Below, one piece after another: positions 8,608-20,329 of a stretch of DNA of 64,000 nucleotides (positions are counted from its first letter, which is position 1; each line of letters begins with the position of its first letter). The translations under genes were made by a program, and so were the position numbers. Below the pieces are notes generated by a model. It was not told the DNA's origin, searched no databases, and saw only the letters and a program-made list of their open reading frames with translations. Source of the DNA: an uncultured delta proteobacterium. GTDB taxonomy: Bacteria > Myxococcota > UBA727 > VGSZ01. The stretch spans positions 1,269,682-1,333,681 of the forward strand of contig CAVZJB010000016.1 of assembly GCA_963775425.1 (NCBI GenBank), read 5' to 3'.

Positions 8608-11076
8608 ATGGTGCTCACTCCTGACCCCGTTTCGAAGCGATGGCCAGTGCGCATGACCTGGCGCGACGTCCTTTTCCTGCACTGGATCGTCGATCCTGCC
8701 GAGATCGCGTCGCGGATCCCCCGCCGCCTCTCCCTCGACGTCTATCAGGGGCGCTGCTTCGTGGGTGTCACGGCGTTCACCTCATTCACGTCACCGTCAT
8801 ACCCGGCGTTTGGTGCCGGCGGTGACCAGCCGCAGAGCGCGGCAACGCCGTTGTTCGCAAACATCCAGGTGCGAACCTACGTGAGGTACCGCGACACCCG
8901 CGCGGTCTGGGTGCTCTCTCGCAGTCTGGGACGAATTCACACCGCGGCCAGGACCGACGAGTTCACGGTGTTTCCGGTCGCCGCAGGGGTCGGCGCCGGC
9001 GACTCGAAGGAGCTCTTTGTCGGGGTCGGGCACCGCGGTGCGCCCCCCCACGTCCTCGACGTGCTCTGCGAGCCGTCCGGTCGACTGGCCAGCACGGCCC
9101 CCGGGAGCCTCGAAGGCTTCTTCGCGGACCGGAGCGCCTACTATCACGGTGACGAGGACGCGGTCTTTCGCGCCACGCTCCGGCACCCGGCCTGGCGGCT
9201 GGAGAGCGCGGCGGTCGACCTCCGCCGCATCGACATCGGCATCGAGCTGCCGGACGTGGAACCAATCGCCCACTGCGGTCGTTCGGTTGCCGTCGAATAC
9301 GTCGGCGACGAGGTCGCTTGGTACCGTCACACCGTGTGGCCCGAGGCGCCGGCCGCGCAGGCGCCGGCGAAGCCGGCTCCTGCTCTCCGCGCAGACCTCT
9401 CCGAAAGTTTGCCGGCCGCCCAGGAGCTCTCCTTCAATGACGGCGAGCAGGCGCTGTCCGTCCACTTCCCGCTCGCCTCCGGCGGGTTCGACATCGCCGA
9501 CTATCGCCCGCCGCCGGGAGACAGCATTCAGTTCGACATCGACCCGATGCTGGACGACACGACGAGCAATCCCTGGGCGGCGTCCGGCGAAGACGAGGGC
9601 GCGTCGCTCGTGATGGCGCCAGGCAGCGCTCCCGTCGAACGTCGGAGCTGCTGCGCGCGCTCCGAGAACGAATCCATCGTGTTCACGCCCCCTACGACCA
9701 AACGCGGCGTCCAGCCGCCGGCGTTCGCCACCGGCGGGCGGGAGCTGCCGTCGGACTTGAGCGGGCGCATCATCGGCGGGTTCCGCATCGGGAAGCTCAT
9801 CGGTCGTGGCGGAATGGGGGCGGTCTACGCCGCGATCAGCCCGGCGGGCCATGAGGTGGCGTTGAAGATCCTCGCCGAGCGCACGACGGATGCCCAGGCG
9901 ATCGCGCGGTTTCAGCGCGAGGCACGCGCCGGGATGGTTGTCGACGACGTTCACGTGCTCAAGACGATCGGGACCGGATACGACCGGGGCCACCACTTCA
10001 TCGCAACCGAGCTGGCGCGGGGTGGGAGCGTGCACGATCTGCTCGCCATCGTCGGCCGCATGCCGGTTCTTCTCGCGGTCGAGATCGTCGGACAGATGCT
10101 CGAAGGCCTGAGGGCCGTTCATGCGACCGGGCTCATTCACCGTGACATCAAGCCGTCGAACATGCTCCTCACCGGAGATGGTCTGCTCAAGTTGGCGGAC
10201 TTCGGCGTCGTCAAGGCGCCGGACGATCAGGCGCTGACCCAGGCGGGGACCGTGTACGGAACGCCGCGGTACATGAGCCCGGAGCAGTTGCTCGGGCTCT
10301 CGCTCGACCCACGGAGCGACCTCTTCGCGGTCGGTACGGTCTTGTTCGAGCTGTTGACCGGGCGCAGTCCGTTCGGAGCTGAAGGCGGCCTCGGGGCGAT
10401 CGCCATTCGGGTCACAACGGCATGCCCGCCGGAGATCTTTCTGGATCTGCCGACTGCACCCGAATTGCTGGACATCGTGCTGCAGCGTCTGTTCGCACAG
10501 AGGCTCGACGATCGCTATCAGTCGGCATCCGAGGTCCTGTCTGCCTTGGAGCCGCTCCGCGACGTCGTCCGTCGCTGTTGCCCCGACGTCGTTGCGCGCG
10601 CGCTCGGCGAACCGCACCGGGTTTGTCTCGCGCTCCGCGAGAGCCAGGCGGCGGCCGAGCGCGCGTGGGCGCGATCCGTTGGCGCGGCGGAGGACAGCAG
10701 GGGGGATGGTCGTCAGGTCTCGGCCTATGCGCTCTGGCGCGCGCAGCAGCTCGCAGGCGCCGACGCATACGGCGATCACATGTCCGAGGCTGCGCACAGC
10801 CGCCTCGGTGAAACCTGGTCGAAAGAGGTCAATGACCACCTGGCCGACGTTGAAGCGCAGGCGACAGGGTCCGATGGAGTCGCGACGGCCATGCTGTGGC
10901 GCGTGGGTCTCCTCTGGTTCGAGCTGAGAGTCCCTGCTCGAGCGGCGCTGTTTCTGCGTCGCTACCTGCGTCGCGTGCCGAGCGACGCCCGGGCGCGCGC
11001 GCTCCTCCAACAAGTGACGGGCGCCGACCCCGCGATGCCGTTCACGCACCTCGAGATCGCAGCGCACGCGGGGTAG
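8608..11076 (+). CDS. DUF2071 (YqjF-like) domain fused to a Hanks-type Ser/Thr protein kinase
   Basis: MTWRDVLFLHWIVDP...VRTYV...HPAWRL (DUF2071); IGRGGMGAVY, VALK, HRDIKPSN, DFG, GTPRYMSPEQ, DLFAVG. Confidence 0.85.
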   Translation: MVLTPDPVSKRWPVRMTWRDVLFLHWIVDPAEIASRIPRRLSLDVYQGRCFVGVTAFTSFTSPSYPAFGAGGDQPQSAATPLFANIQVRTYVRYRDTRAVWVLSRSLGRIHTAARTDEFTVFPVAAGVGAGDSKELFVGVGHRGAPPHVLDVLCEPSGRLASTAPGSLEGFFADRSAYYHGDEDAVFRATLRHPAWRLESAAVDLRRIDIGIELPDVEPIAHCGRSVAVEYVGDEVAWYRHTVWPEAPAAQAPAKPAPALRADLSESLPAAQELSFNDGEQALSVHFPLASGGFDIADYRPPPGDSIQFDIDPMLDDTTSNPWAASGEDEGASLVMAPGSAPVERRSCCARSENESIVFTPPTTKRGVQPPAFATGGRELPSDLSGRIIGGFRIGKLIGRGGMGAVYAAISPAGHEVALKILAERTTDAQAIARFQREARAGMVVDDVHVLKTIGTGYDRGHHFIATELARGGSVHDLLAIVGRMPVLLAVEIVGQMLEGLRAVHATGLIHRDIKPSNMLLTGDGLLKLADFGVVKAPDDQALTQAGTVYGTPRYMSPEQLLGLSLDPRSDLFAVGTVLFELLTGRSPFGAEGGLGAIAIRVTTACPPEIFLDLPTAPELLDIVLQRLFAQRLDDRYQSASEVLSALEPLRDVVRRCCPDVVARALGEPHRVCLALRESQAAAERAWARSVGAAEDSRGDGRQVSAYALWRAQQLAGADAYGDHMSEAAHSRLGETWSKEVNDHLADVEAQATGSDGVATAMLWRVGLLWFELRVPARAALFLRRYLRRVPSDARARALLQQVTGADPAMPFTHLEIAAHAG

Positions 11077-11432
11077 TCGCCCGCGTCGCGCGCGCCGCAA
11101 GCCCGGTCGAGCTCAACGACACGGTCGCGATCGAGCCCGCCTTCGTCGTCGACAACACCGTGTCGACGTCAATCAACAAGACCAGACGGCATCCGAAGAC
11201 AGTGTCGCGATTTCAATTCGCGTGGTGGCAATCCGCGACGTGATTCGCCTCGCCCGAGCACGGCCAGCACGGGTCTGCGCCGCCGCCCACCGTTTCGCGC
11301 TCCGGCACACCTGCGAAGGCCGTGCTGCGTGACCCGACACCCGGTTGCAACGAAGCGCTCCGGGGCTGCCGAGAAAATGCGCGCCCCCCCGGGCTCAAAT
11401 GGAGACCAGCGTCAATCCCGTGTGAGCGCAAA

Positions 11433-11449
11433 TAGGCACCGCTTCTGCA
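11433..11449 (+). promoter_or_regulatory. Possible sigma54 -24/-12 promoter
   Basis: TAGGCACCGCTTCTGCA (GG-N10-GC), about 40 nt before the ice-binding gene ATG. Confidence 0.35.
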
Positions 11450-11489
11450 ACAGGGCATTCGCCACGCACACAGGCAACTGGGAGGTTCG

Positions 11490-12848
11490 ATGCAGCGCGC
11501 TCTCTTGCTAGCAGTCACACTGTCGGTCATGTCCGTCGTTTCGTGTCGGCCCATCGCTGCCTCCGCGAACGGCGTGTCTCGCAACGCCGCCGCCCTGAGC
11601 CTGCTCGGCACGGCGGATTCGTTCTCTGTCCTCGCTGGGTCGGCGGTGACGAACACGGGTCCCACGACCTTGAGCGCCGATCTGGGTGTGAGCCCTGGAA
11701 CCGCGATTACCGGTTTTCCTCCCGGACTGATTCTCCCGCCCGGAACCACGCACGCGGCTGACGCGGTGGCGGGCCAGGCGCAGAGCGACGTGACGACGGC
11801 GTACGTCACTCTCGCGGGCCAGGCGTGCGACAACGATCTGACCAGCGTCGATCTCGGCGGCCTGACGCTCGTGCCGGGGGTGTATTGCTTTTCGACGAGC
11901 GCCCAATTGACCGGCACCTTGACGCTCGACGCGGGCGGCGATCCCGCTGCCGAGTTCATCTTTCAGATTGGCAGCACGCTGACCACCGCCAGCTCCGCCT
12001 CGGTCGTTCTCCTGAACGGCGCCGATCCCTGCCAGGTCTACTGGCAGGTCGGGAGCTCCGCGACCGTCGGAACGAGCACCGCCTTCGCCGGCAACATCCT
12101 CGCGCTCGCCAGCATCGGCCTCCAGACGGGAGCGCTGCTCGACGGTCGCGCGCTCGCGCGCAACGGCGCGGTGACCCTCGACACGAACGTCATCCAAACC
12201 GACCTCTGCACCGGAGCGGGCGAGGGCGAGGGCGAGGGCGAAGGCGAAGGTGAAGGCGAGGGTGAAGGTGAAGGCGAAGGCGAAGGTGAAGGTGAAGGTG
12301 AAGGTGAGGCCGGTGAAGGCGAGGGCGAAGGCGAAGGCGAAGGCGAAGCCGGTGAGGGCGAGGGTGAAGGCCAAGCCGGTGAGGGTGAAGGCGAAGGCGA
12401 GGCCGGCGAAGGCGAAGGCGAAGGTGAAGGCGAAGGCCAGGGCGGCGAAGGCGAAGGCGAAGGCGAAGGTCAGGGCGGCGAAGGCGAAGGCGAAGCAGGT
12501 GAAGGCGAGGGTGAAGGCCAAGCCGGTGAGGGTGAAGGCGAAGGCGAAGGCGAAGGCCAATGGCCGGCGGGAGAAGGAGAAGGCGAAGGCCAATGGCCCG
12601 CCGGAGAAGGCGAAGGCGAAGGGGACCGCTGTGTGCACGGCACGCCCTGCGACGACTGGAGCGGCGCTCCGGTCTGCACCTGCGACGTCGGGTATGCCGG
12701 ACCCGCGTGCGATGAGTGCGCTTGGGGCTACCAGTACAACGACGACGACGGGACTTGTTCCGCCACCTGCGCGGTTGTCGACTGCGGAGCCAAGGGGACT
12801 TGCGACGATTCGACGGGCACAGCCACGTGCAAGGTGTGCGGCGTGTAG
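11490..12848 (+). CDS. Secreted ice-binding-like protein (DUF3494) with Gly-Glu linker and Cys-rich/EGF-like C-terminus
   Basis: Signal peptide; [16 protein letters not shown]...[16 protein letters not shown]...[12 protein letters not shown]...[13 protein letters not shown]...[10 protein letters not shown]...[15 protein letters not shown]; [12 protein letters not shown]; GGAGG RBS. Confidence 0.92.
   Translation: MQRALLLAVTLSVMSVVSCRPIAASANGVSRNAAALSLLGTADSFSVLAGSAVTNTGPTTLSADLGVSPGTAITGFPPGLILPPGTTHAADAVAGQAQSDVTTAYVTLAGQACDNDLTSVDLGGLTLVPGVYCFSTSAQLTGTLTLDAGGDPAAEFIFQIGSTLTTASSASVVLLNGADPCQVYWQVGSSATVGTSTAFAGNILALASIGLQTGALLDGRALARNGAVTLDTNVIQTDLCTGAGEGEGEGEGEGEGEGEGEGEGEGEGEGEGEAGEGEGEGEGEGEAGEGEGEGQAGEGEGEGEAGEGEGEGEGEGQGGEGEGEGEGQGGEGEGEAGEGEGEGQAGEGEGEGEGEGQWPAGEGEGEGQWPAGEGEGEGDRCVHGTPCDDWSGAPVCTCDVGYAGPACDECAWGYQYNDDDGTCSATCAVVDCGAKGTCDDSTGTATCKVCGV
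12219..12623 (+). repeat. Coding (Gly-Glu)n repeat with higher-order GEGEGE(A/QA/QG/QWPA) units
   Basis: Tandem GGCGAA/GGTGAA/GGCGAG hexamers in frame. Confidence 0.95.
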
Positions 12849-13370
12849 TCGGATGCCTCGACCGGGCGGCGCTTGCACGACGGCGCCGCCCGGTCTCGCA
12901 CTTGCGCTCGCCCGCACCGTCGCGCATGGCGCCGCCCGGGGCGTCGCGCGGCTGCGGGTGAAGCGCGCGCGGCGGTGACGGCGTGCGACACGCGTCCCTT
13001 GCCTCGACCGCCCGGCGTCTCCCCCGAGCCCTTTCCAACGACGGTGGCCGCGTGGGCGTCGTCATCGCCCACGGGGACGCGGGCAGCGTCTCGAAGACGC
13101 GCCCGCTCGGGGAGCGCCCACGCGCGCAGGCGTCGTCGCGCTCGCGCCACCGGTGCGCAGTCGCGGCCGGCTCCTCCCGCTCGCCGCGCCGCAGCCGAGC
13201 TCTGCAAGCTGCACCGCGTGGTGCGCCGCGACCTCGCCGCCGTGCGCCAGCCGCTCTTCGTCGCACAAGGGCGCCACGACAAGACCAATTGAACACGGAG
13301 ATCGCGCGGTTCATCGACGAGGTCGCGTAGATCGTCGTGGCTCGCCTGCGCGAGCGCCGCCGCTGAAGCC

Positions 13371-13412
13371 GACGACGACGATGATGACGACGACGACGAC
13401 GACGACGACGAC
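13371..13412 (+). repeat. (GAC/GAT)14 trinucleotide run
   Basis: gacgacgacgatgatgac...gac; poly-Asp frame is continuous with the downstream gene but no start codon is evident. Confidence 0.85.
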
Positions 13413-13523
13413 GGCTCGACGCCGCGCACGCCCCGCAATCCATCGCGCCGGCCCCAAGAGGCCGCATCCGCCGCTGGAGACACGTCGACTTCGGGGCCGT
13501 CGTTGGCTAGCGTCGACGACGCC

Positions 13524-14072
13524 GTGAACGCACCGAGCCCACTCACCTATCTCATCGGTGCCGGCGTCGCCGTCGCCGTCCTCGCCTTTCGCTGGTCACG
13601 CAAAGGCGTCGCGCGCCCCCTGAATGTGGCCACGCTGTGGATCGTGCCGGCCATCATGATCCTCGCCGCGTGCGGGAGCATCGCCGCCGTCGTCGCGGTC
13701 GCGCGCGTGCCGATGGGCATCGCCGAGGTGGGGCTCGTGGCCGCGTGCCTCGCTGCCGGCTCGATGCTCGGGTGGTGGCGCGGGCGCTTCACGGAGATCG
13801 CCGTCGACCCCGCCTCGCGCCGCGTGACGACGGCGACGTCGGCGATGTCCATCGCGGTCATCGGCGGGCTCATCGTCGTGAGGATGATCCTCAAGATGGT
13901 CCTGTTCAACGCCGCCGCGCCCCGCTCTCCGCACGGCGCGCTGTTGAACGTCTACTTCCTGATGTTCGGCGTCGGCGTCCTCGCCGCCGCCCGCGTCGAG
14001 ATGTGGCTGCGCGCGCGACGCCTCGTCGCTGCGACGCCGGCGATGGCGCCCGACGCCCCGCAGCCGTCGTGA
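13524..14072 (+). CDS. CcdC/DUF1453-family membrane protein
   Basis: LWIVPAI...LGWWRGRFTEIAVDP...LIVVRMIL...RVEMWLRARRL; multiple TM helices; start uncertain (13503 TTG alternative). Confidence 0.75.
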   Translation: MNAPSPLTYLIGAGVAVAVLAFRWSRKGVARPLNVATLWIVPAIMILAACGSIAAVVAVARVPMGIAEVGLVAACLAAGSMLGWWRGRFTEIAVDPASRRVTTATSAMSIAVIGGLIVVRMILKMVLFNAAAPRSPHGALLNVYFLMFGVGVLAAARVEMWLRARRLVAATPAMAPDAPQPS

Positions 14073-14107
14073 TAAGCGCAGCCGCTCCCTCAGGTCGCTG
14101 ATCGCGC

Positions 14108-14122
14108 TGGCACGCGGGATGC
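14108..14122 (+). promoter_or_regulatory. sigma54 -24/-12 promoter
   Basis: TGGCACGCGGGATGC, 33 nt before the ATG with AGGAGG RBS. Confidence 0.55.
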
Positions 14123-14154
14123 TCACAGAGGAGCGATCCAAGGAGGAGCATCCC

Positions 14155-14481
14155 ATGAACAGAGTCATCTCCACGCTCGCCACCGCCGCTTCCACCGTCG
14201 CGATCGGGCGCTTGCTTCGCCCGCGCCGCTCGAGCATCGCGGTCACGGTGCTCGGCTACTCCGCCACGTTCCTCGCCGGCGTCGCCGTCGGCGCCGTCGC
14301 CGGCTTCATGTTCGCGCCCAAGTCCGGTCGCGATCTGCGCGCGGACATCAAGACCGGCGCCCACGACGTCGGCGAGGGCATCCGGTCGACCGCGTCGGCG
14401 GTCAGCCACGCCGCACAGCGCGCCGCGAGCGCGGCGCAGGAGAGCCGGGTCGACCAGGCCGCGGACACGGTCGCCCACTGA
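14155..14481 (+). CDS. YtxH-domain protein
   Basis: FLAGVAVGAVAGFMFAPKSGRDLRADI; AAGGAGG RBS. Confidence 0.85.
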   Translation: MNRVISTLATAASTVAIGRLLRPRRSSIAVTVLGYSATFLAGVAVGAVAGFMFAPKSGRDLRADIKTGAHDVGEGIRSTASAVSHAAQRAASAAQESRVDQAADTVAH

Positions 14482-14738
14482 GCGACCGCGACGCGACGAC
14501 GACGTGCCGTCCCGCACGGGCGGGTTGCAAACCGCACACGCACGAGCCGCCTGCGCCGGCACCCGGACAGGCAGCTCGCGCGTGACGCGCGCCGCCGCGT
14601 CGACACGACTGTCCCGCCACACGCTCCGGCGGGCGCTGGCGCACACGCGCGAAGCGCGCGCACGCGAGCGGACGCGACGGCGCGGCGGGTACGAGACTTG
14701 CGGCTCCCCCACGAACGCCTTCGATCAGGGGTGGCAGC

Positions 14739-16547
14739 ATGACCACAGCGGGAATCCAGTTCGAAAAGGCGGGCGCCCGTGCGACCGCCCGCAACCTCAA
14801 CACGCTCTTGCTCGATCGCGTGAGCGCGGAGCCCGACACCGTCGCGTTCGACGTCCCTTCAGGTGACGGTTGGAAGCCCGTCACCTGGAGCGAGGTCGGT
14901 GCGCGCGTGCGCGACATCGCCCGCGGCCTGCGCGCCCTCGGGCTCGAGGACGAAGAGCGGTGCGCGATCCTGTCGTCGACGCGCTTCGAGTGGATCGCCG
15001 CCGACCTCGCCATCAACTGCGCCGGCGGCGCCACCGCGACCATCTTTCCGTCGGACACCGCGGCCGAGTGCGCCTTCATCGTGAAGGACTCGGACAGCCG
15101 CTTCGTCTTCGCGGAGGACGCGGCGCAGGCGGCGAAGCTCGACCGCGGCGCGCTCCCGAACGTGAAGCACGTCTTCACCTTCGATGGCACCGCCAGCGAC
15201 GACGGCTGGGTCCGGTCCGTCGAGGATCTCGGCCTCCTCGGTCGCCACCTCGAATTCGAAGCGCGCGCGCGCGCGGTGAAGCCGGACGCGCTGGCGACGA
15301 TCATCTACACGTCGGGCACGACCGGCAGACCCAAGGGTGTCGAGATCACGCATGACAACTGGCTGTACGAAGCGGAGGCGCTCGACGCGCTCGGCATCCT
15401 CGGCCCCGACGACATCCAGCTCCTCTGGCTTCCGCTCGCGCACTCGTTCGCCAAGGTCATCGCGGTCGCGCAATTGCGCATCGGCTTTCGCAGCGCCGTC
15501 GACGGCCGCCTCGAGCGACTCGTCGACAACCTCGCGGTGGTGAAGCCCACGTTCGTGGCCGCGGTGCCCCGCGTGTTCGAGAAGGTGTTCAACAAGGTGG
15601 TGGCGTCGGCGCACGAGGGCGGCCGCGTCAAGTCCTCGATCTTCGACTGGGCGCTCGGCGTGGGCCGGCGCATCTCGGCGCTCGAGCAACGAGGCGGCGC
15701 TCCCCACGGCATCCTCGCGCTCGAGGGGGCGTTCGCGGACAGGATCGTGTTCTCCAGGTTGCGCGAGAAGTTCGGCGGGCGGCTGCGCTTCTTCGTCTCG
15801 GGCAGCGCGCCGCTGTCGCAGGAGATCGCCGAGTTCTTCCACGCCGCCGGCGTCCTGGTCCTCGAGGGCTACGGACTCACCGAGTCGTGCGCGGCGACGT
15901 TCATCAACCTGCCCGAGCGGTTCCGCTTCGGCACCGTAGGACCGCCGCTGCCGGGCACCGACGTGAAGGTCGCCCCCGAAGACGGCGAGATCCTCGTGCG
16001 CGGGCGCGGCGTGATGCGCGGCTACCACCGCATGCCCGAGGCCACCGCCGAGACCATCGACGCCGAGGGGTGGCTCAGGACCGGCGACATCGGCGAGCTC
16101 GTCGACGGCTTCTTGAAGATCACCGATCGCAAGAAGGACCTCATCAAGACGTCGAACGGAAAGTACGTGGCGCCGCAGGCGCTCGAGGGAAGGCTCAAGC
16201 TCGCCTGCCCGCTCATCGGCCAGGTGCTGGTCCACGGCAACAACCGCCCCTACTGCACGGCGCTGGTCGCCCTCGAGGAGGTCGCGCTCCGCGAGTGGGC
16301 CGCGGAGCACGACAAGGCCGGGCTCGGCTACGCCGAGCTCGTCAAGCTGCCGGAGATCGACGAGATCGTGCACGCGGCGCTGGCCGAGGCGAACCACGAC
16401 CTCGCGAGCTTCGAGACCATCAAGAAGGTCACCCTCCTGCCCGCCGACCTCACCATCGAGACCGGCGAGATCACGCCGACGCAGAAGGTGAAGCGGAAGG
16501 TGGTGGAGGCCAAGTACAAGGCGCTGCTCGACGCCATGTACGCCTGA
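14739..16547 (+). CDS. fadD: Long-chain fatty acid-CoA ligase
   Basis: IIYTSGTTGRPKG AMP-binding motif, EGYGLTE, GWLRTGDIG, ITDRKKDLI. Confidence 0.93.
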   Translation: MTTAGIQFEKAGARATARNLNTLLLDRVSAEPDTVAFDVPSGDGWKPVTWSEVGARVRDIARGLRALGLEDEERCAILSSTRFEWIAADLAINCAGGATATIFPSDTAAECAFIVKDSDSRFVFAEDAAQAAKLDRGALPNVKHVFTFDGTASDDGWVRSVEDLGLLGRHLEFEARARAVKPDALATIIYTSGTTGRPKGVEITHDNWLYEAEALDALGILGPDDIQLLWLPLAHSFAKVIAVAQLRIGFRSAVDGRLERLVDNLAVVKPTFVAAVPRVFEKVFNKVVASAHEGGRVKSSIFDWALGVGRRISALEQRGGAPHGILALEGAFADRIVFSRLREKFGGRLRFFVSGSAPLSQEIAEFFHAAGVLVLEGYGLTESCAATFINLPERFRFGTVGPPLPGTDVKVAPEDGEILVRGRGVMRGYHRMPEATAETIDAEGWLRTGDIGELVDGFLKITDRKKDLIKTSNGKYVAPQALEGRLKLACPLIGQVLVHGNNRPYCTALVALEEVALREWAAEHDKAGLGYAELVKLPEIDEIVHAALAEANHDLASFETIKKVTLLPADLTIETGEITPTQKVKRKVVEAKYKALLDAMYA

Positions 16548-16673
16548 TCTCCTTTGGATCCGGCGTGTTGCGCGATCGAACGCGCCCCGCGGGAATGTGA
16601 ACATCCAAAGCGCGAAACCGCCGCTGCAGGCCGAGGCGCGCGTGGAGCTCCTCGCGCGCTCGCCTGGGCGCCG

Positions 16674-17192
16674 TCAGAACACCGGCGCGTCGGTGCCGAG
16701 CTCCACGTGGCGCTCGAGCACGCTGGCGCAGTCGAGCGGCGCGCCCTCGCGCTCGTCGTCGTTCGGCGTGACCGTCGCGTGCAGCAGCGGCAGGGCTCCG
16801 TCGCGCAGCGCGTCGAACGCGGCGGCGTCGAGCGCCTCGCCGCTGTCGCGGGCGCCGCAGTCGACGTCGGCGTCGGCGGGGACGACGAAGAAGTCGACGT
16901 CGATGGTCGACGCGCAGATGGCGCCGTTCGGGGGCTCGCCGGCGTGGCCGTCGAAGATGGCGCCGCCTGCGGAGCACATCACGCCGAGGCGCTCGGGCTG
17001 CACGAGCTGCCGCGCGCCGTCCTTGTCGTGCGACGTGTAGCGCGCGAGGACCTGCCACGGCGCTTGGAGCGCCCGATCCTCGACGAAGCTCTGCGGCGCG
17101 CTGACCACCGTCTCGAGCTGCCAGGCGCCCCTTTCGCACGCAGCGAGGGCGAAGAGCGAAAAGAGCATCGTGAAGATCGGCGCGCGCGGCAT
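16674..17192 (-). CDS. Hypothetical lipoprotein
   Basis: GGAGG RBS; lipobox LFALAAC. Confidence 0.65.
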   Translation of the reverse strand: MPRAPIFTMLFSLFALAACERGAWQLETVVSAPQSFVEDRALQAPWQVLARYTSHDKDGARQLVQPERLGVMCSAGGAIFDGHAGEPPNGAICASTIDVDFFVVPADADVDCGARDSGEALDAAAFDALRDGALPLLHATVTPNDDEREGAPLDCASVLERHVELGTDAPVF

Positions 17193-17810
17193 GTGTCCTC
17201 CGCGCCGTCCCACAGCAAGTCGGATGCCGCCGCGTCGCGCGGCAGGAGCCGGCAATCCGCAGTCGCCGCGCTTGTTCCTCGGCTTCAGCCACGAGCGCCG
17301 GAAAACCGTCGCCGGACGACGCCCCATGACGCCGGTGTCGCGCGCCCGCCCCCGTGACGCGGTGCCTGCGCCTCGCGCTCCTCGGGCTCGCCGGACTCGC
17401 CGCGGCGTGCGCCGCCGCGCGCCCGCCGTTGGGAGGCGCGCCCGGCGTCGCCCGCGTTCCGAGCCAAGGGCAGCCCGCCGATCATGAGCCGCGCGCAGAT
17501 CCTCGCGCAGCCCGGTCCGATCGATCACCAGGCGCGCGCGCGGATGGCCCCGGTGGGGCGTCTTGGGCGTGAGAGATCCGGATCACCGCCGTCGGTCGAA
17601 CGGCGGATGCCGCGTTCCCGCGCCGTTTGTCAGCGTCGGCCTGCTTTCGCTGACGAAGACGGCGCAAGCGGTTGGATAGAAAAAGCATTCGGAGCAGCCT
17701 GACCTTTCCGATGCTGAATTGAGATGTAAGACCCACCAGTACATTGTCCTAGGTCGGCGCCAGATGTGCGGCTTGACGGGTCTCTGTCGGCTTTCTACCG
17801 GCAACATCCT

Positions 17811-19373
<1,563 letters not shown>

Positions 19374-19433
19374 CCGGCGCGGGGAAAGCCCCCGCCCTGC
19401 CGACCGTCGCGACTTGGGCTAAGGTGCCGCGCC

Positions 19434-19859
19434 GTGGGTGGGATCGTCGCGCTCCTCGTCATCGGCTTCATCGTCTTCACCGTCGTGAAGAGCGCGGGCG
19501 GGGCTACGAGCTTCGATCGCCTGCGCAAGAGCGGCACCCCGGCGCGCGGCATCCTGCTGCGCGTCGCGCCGCAGGGCACGCGCACCGCGCGCGTCCCCGT
19601 GAGCATCGAGAACCGCCGCGTGCGCGTCGACGTCGAGATCCCCGGCCAGGCGCCCTACGAGGTCGACGCCGTCGCCAGCTTCCCCGCCAACCTCCGCGGC
19701 GACGTGCTCCCCGGCGCCACCGTCGAGCTCCGCGTCGATCCCAAGAACCGAAACGCGCTCGCCATCGTCGGCCCCGGCGCCACCTTCGCGGCCGCCCTGC
19801 TCCTCGGACCGCAGACGGCCTCCACCGAGACTCCCGCCGACAGGAGGGGCGCTTCATGA
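19434..19859 (+). CDS. Membrane-anchored hypothetical protein (N-terminal TM + small beta domain, DUF3592-like)
   Basis: TM IVALLVIGFIVFTVV; LRKSGTPARGIL...PGQAPYEV...PGATVELRVDPKN. Confidence 0.7.
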   Translation: MGGIVALLVIGFIVFTVVKSAGGATSFDRLRKSGTPARGILLRVAPQGTRTARVPVSIENRRVRVDVEIPGQAPYEVDAVASFPANLRGDVLPGATVELRVDPKNRNALAIVGPGATFAAALLLGPQTASTETPADRRGAS

Positions 19860-20329
19860 GCGGACAGCAAGTGCGATGTGAAAACTGCGGCGCCACCATG
19901 ACGCCCAACAGCGACGGGCGCGTGCACGTCTGCGCCTACTGCGGCGCCGAGGTGCAGGTGGCCATCGACGGCGCGCAGATCGCCGCGGGCCTCGCGCTCG
20001 ACCTCGGCGACGTCGACGCGTTCCTGGAGAGGCTCGCGGGTGCCATGACCACCGCGCTCGGCGAGCGCGCGCGCATCAAGCGCCACGGAGCGGAGATCGT
20101 CGTCGTCGAGCTCAACCTCGATCCGCACATGTTCGTGGCCAAGCGCGAGCAGAGCGGGGACGTCCGCGCGCAGTACAAGAAGCTCGTCCGCGGCGTCGCG
20201 CTCAAGACCAGGACCCACCCGCTCGACGAGTGGGTGGAGCTGTTGATGGAAGCGCTCGCCGCCCACGCCAACGAGAACGCGCGCGTGGCGCAGGCGCTGG
20301 CAGGGTTCTCCGGGGAGCGTGAATCGTGA
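19856..20329 (+). CDS. Zn-ribbon-containing hypothetical protein
   Basis: AGGAGG RBS; CENCGA...CAYCGA; C-terminal KLVRGVALKT...LDEWVELL. Confidence 0.8.
   Translation: MSGQQVRCENCGATMTPNSDGRVHVCAYCGAEVQVAIDGAQIAAGLALDLGDVDAFLERLAGAMTTALGERARIKRHGAEIVVVELNLDPHMFVAKREQSGDVRAQYKKLVRGVALKTRTHPLDEWVELLMEALAAHANENARVAQALAGFSGERES

Noticed and set aside
12219-12623. Possible CRISPR or non-coding repeat array
   Set aside because: Hexamer repeat with synonymous third-position variation, in frame inside a gene; no unique spacers and no cas genes
17580-17810. Possible riboswitch in the lower-GC leader of the trypsin gene
   Set aside because: No recognisable conserved aptamer motif or terminator; most likely a promoter region
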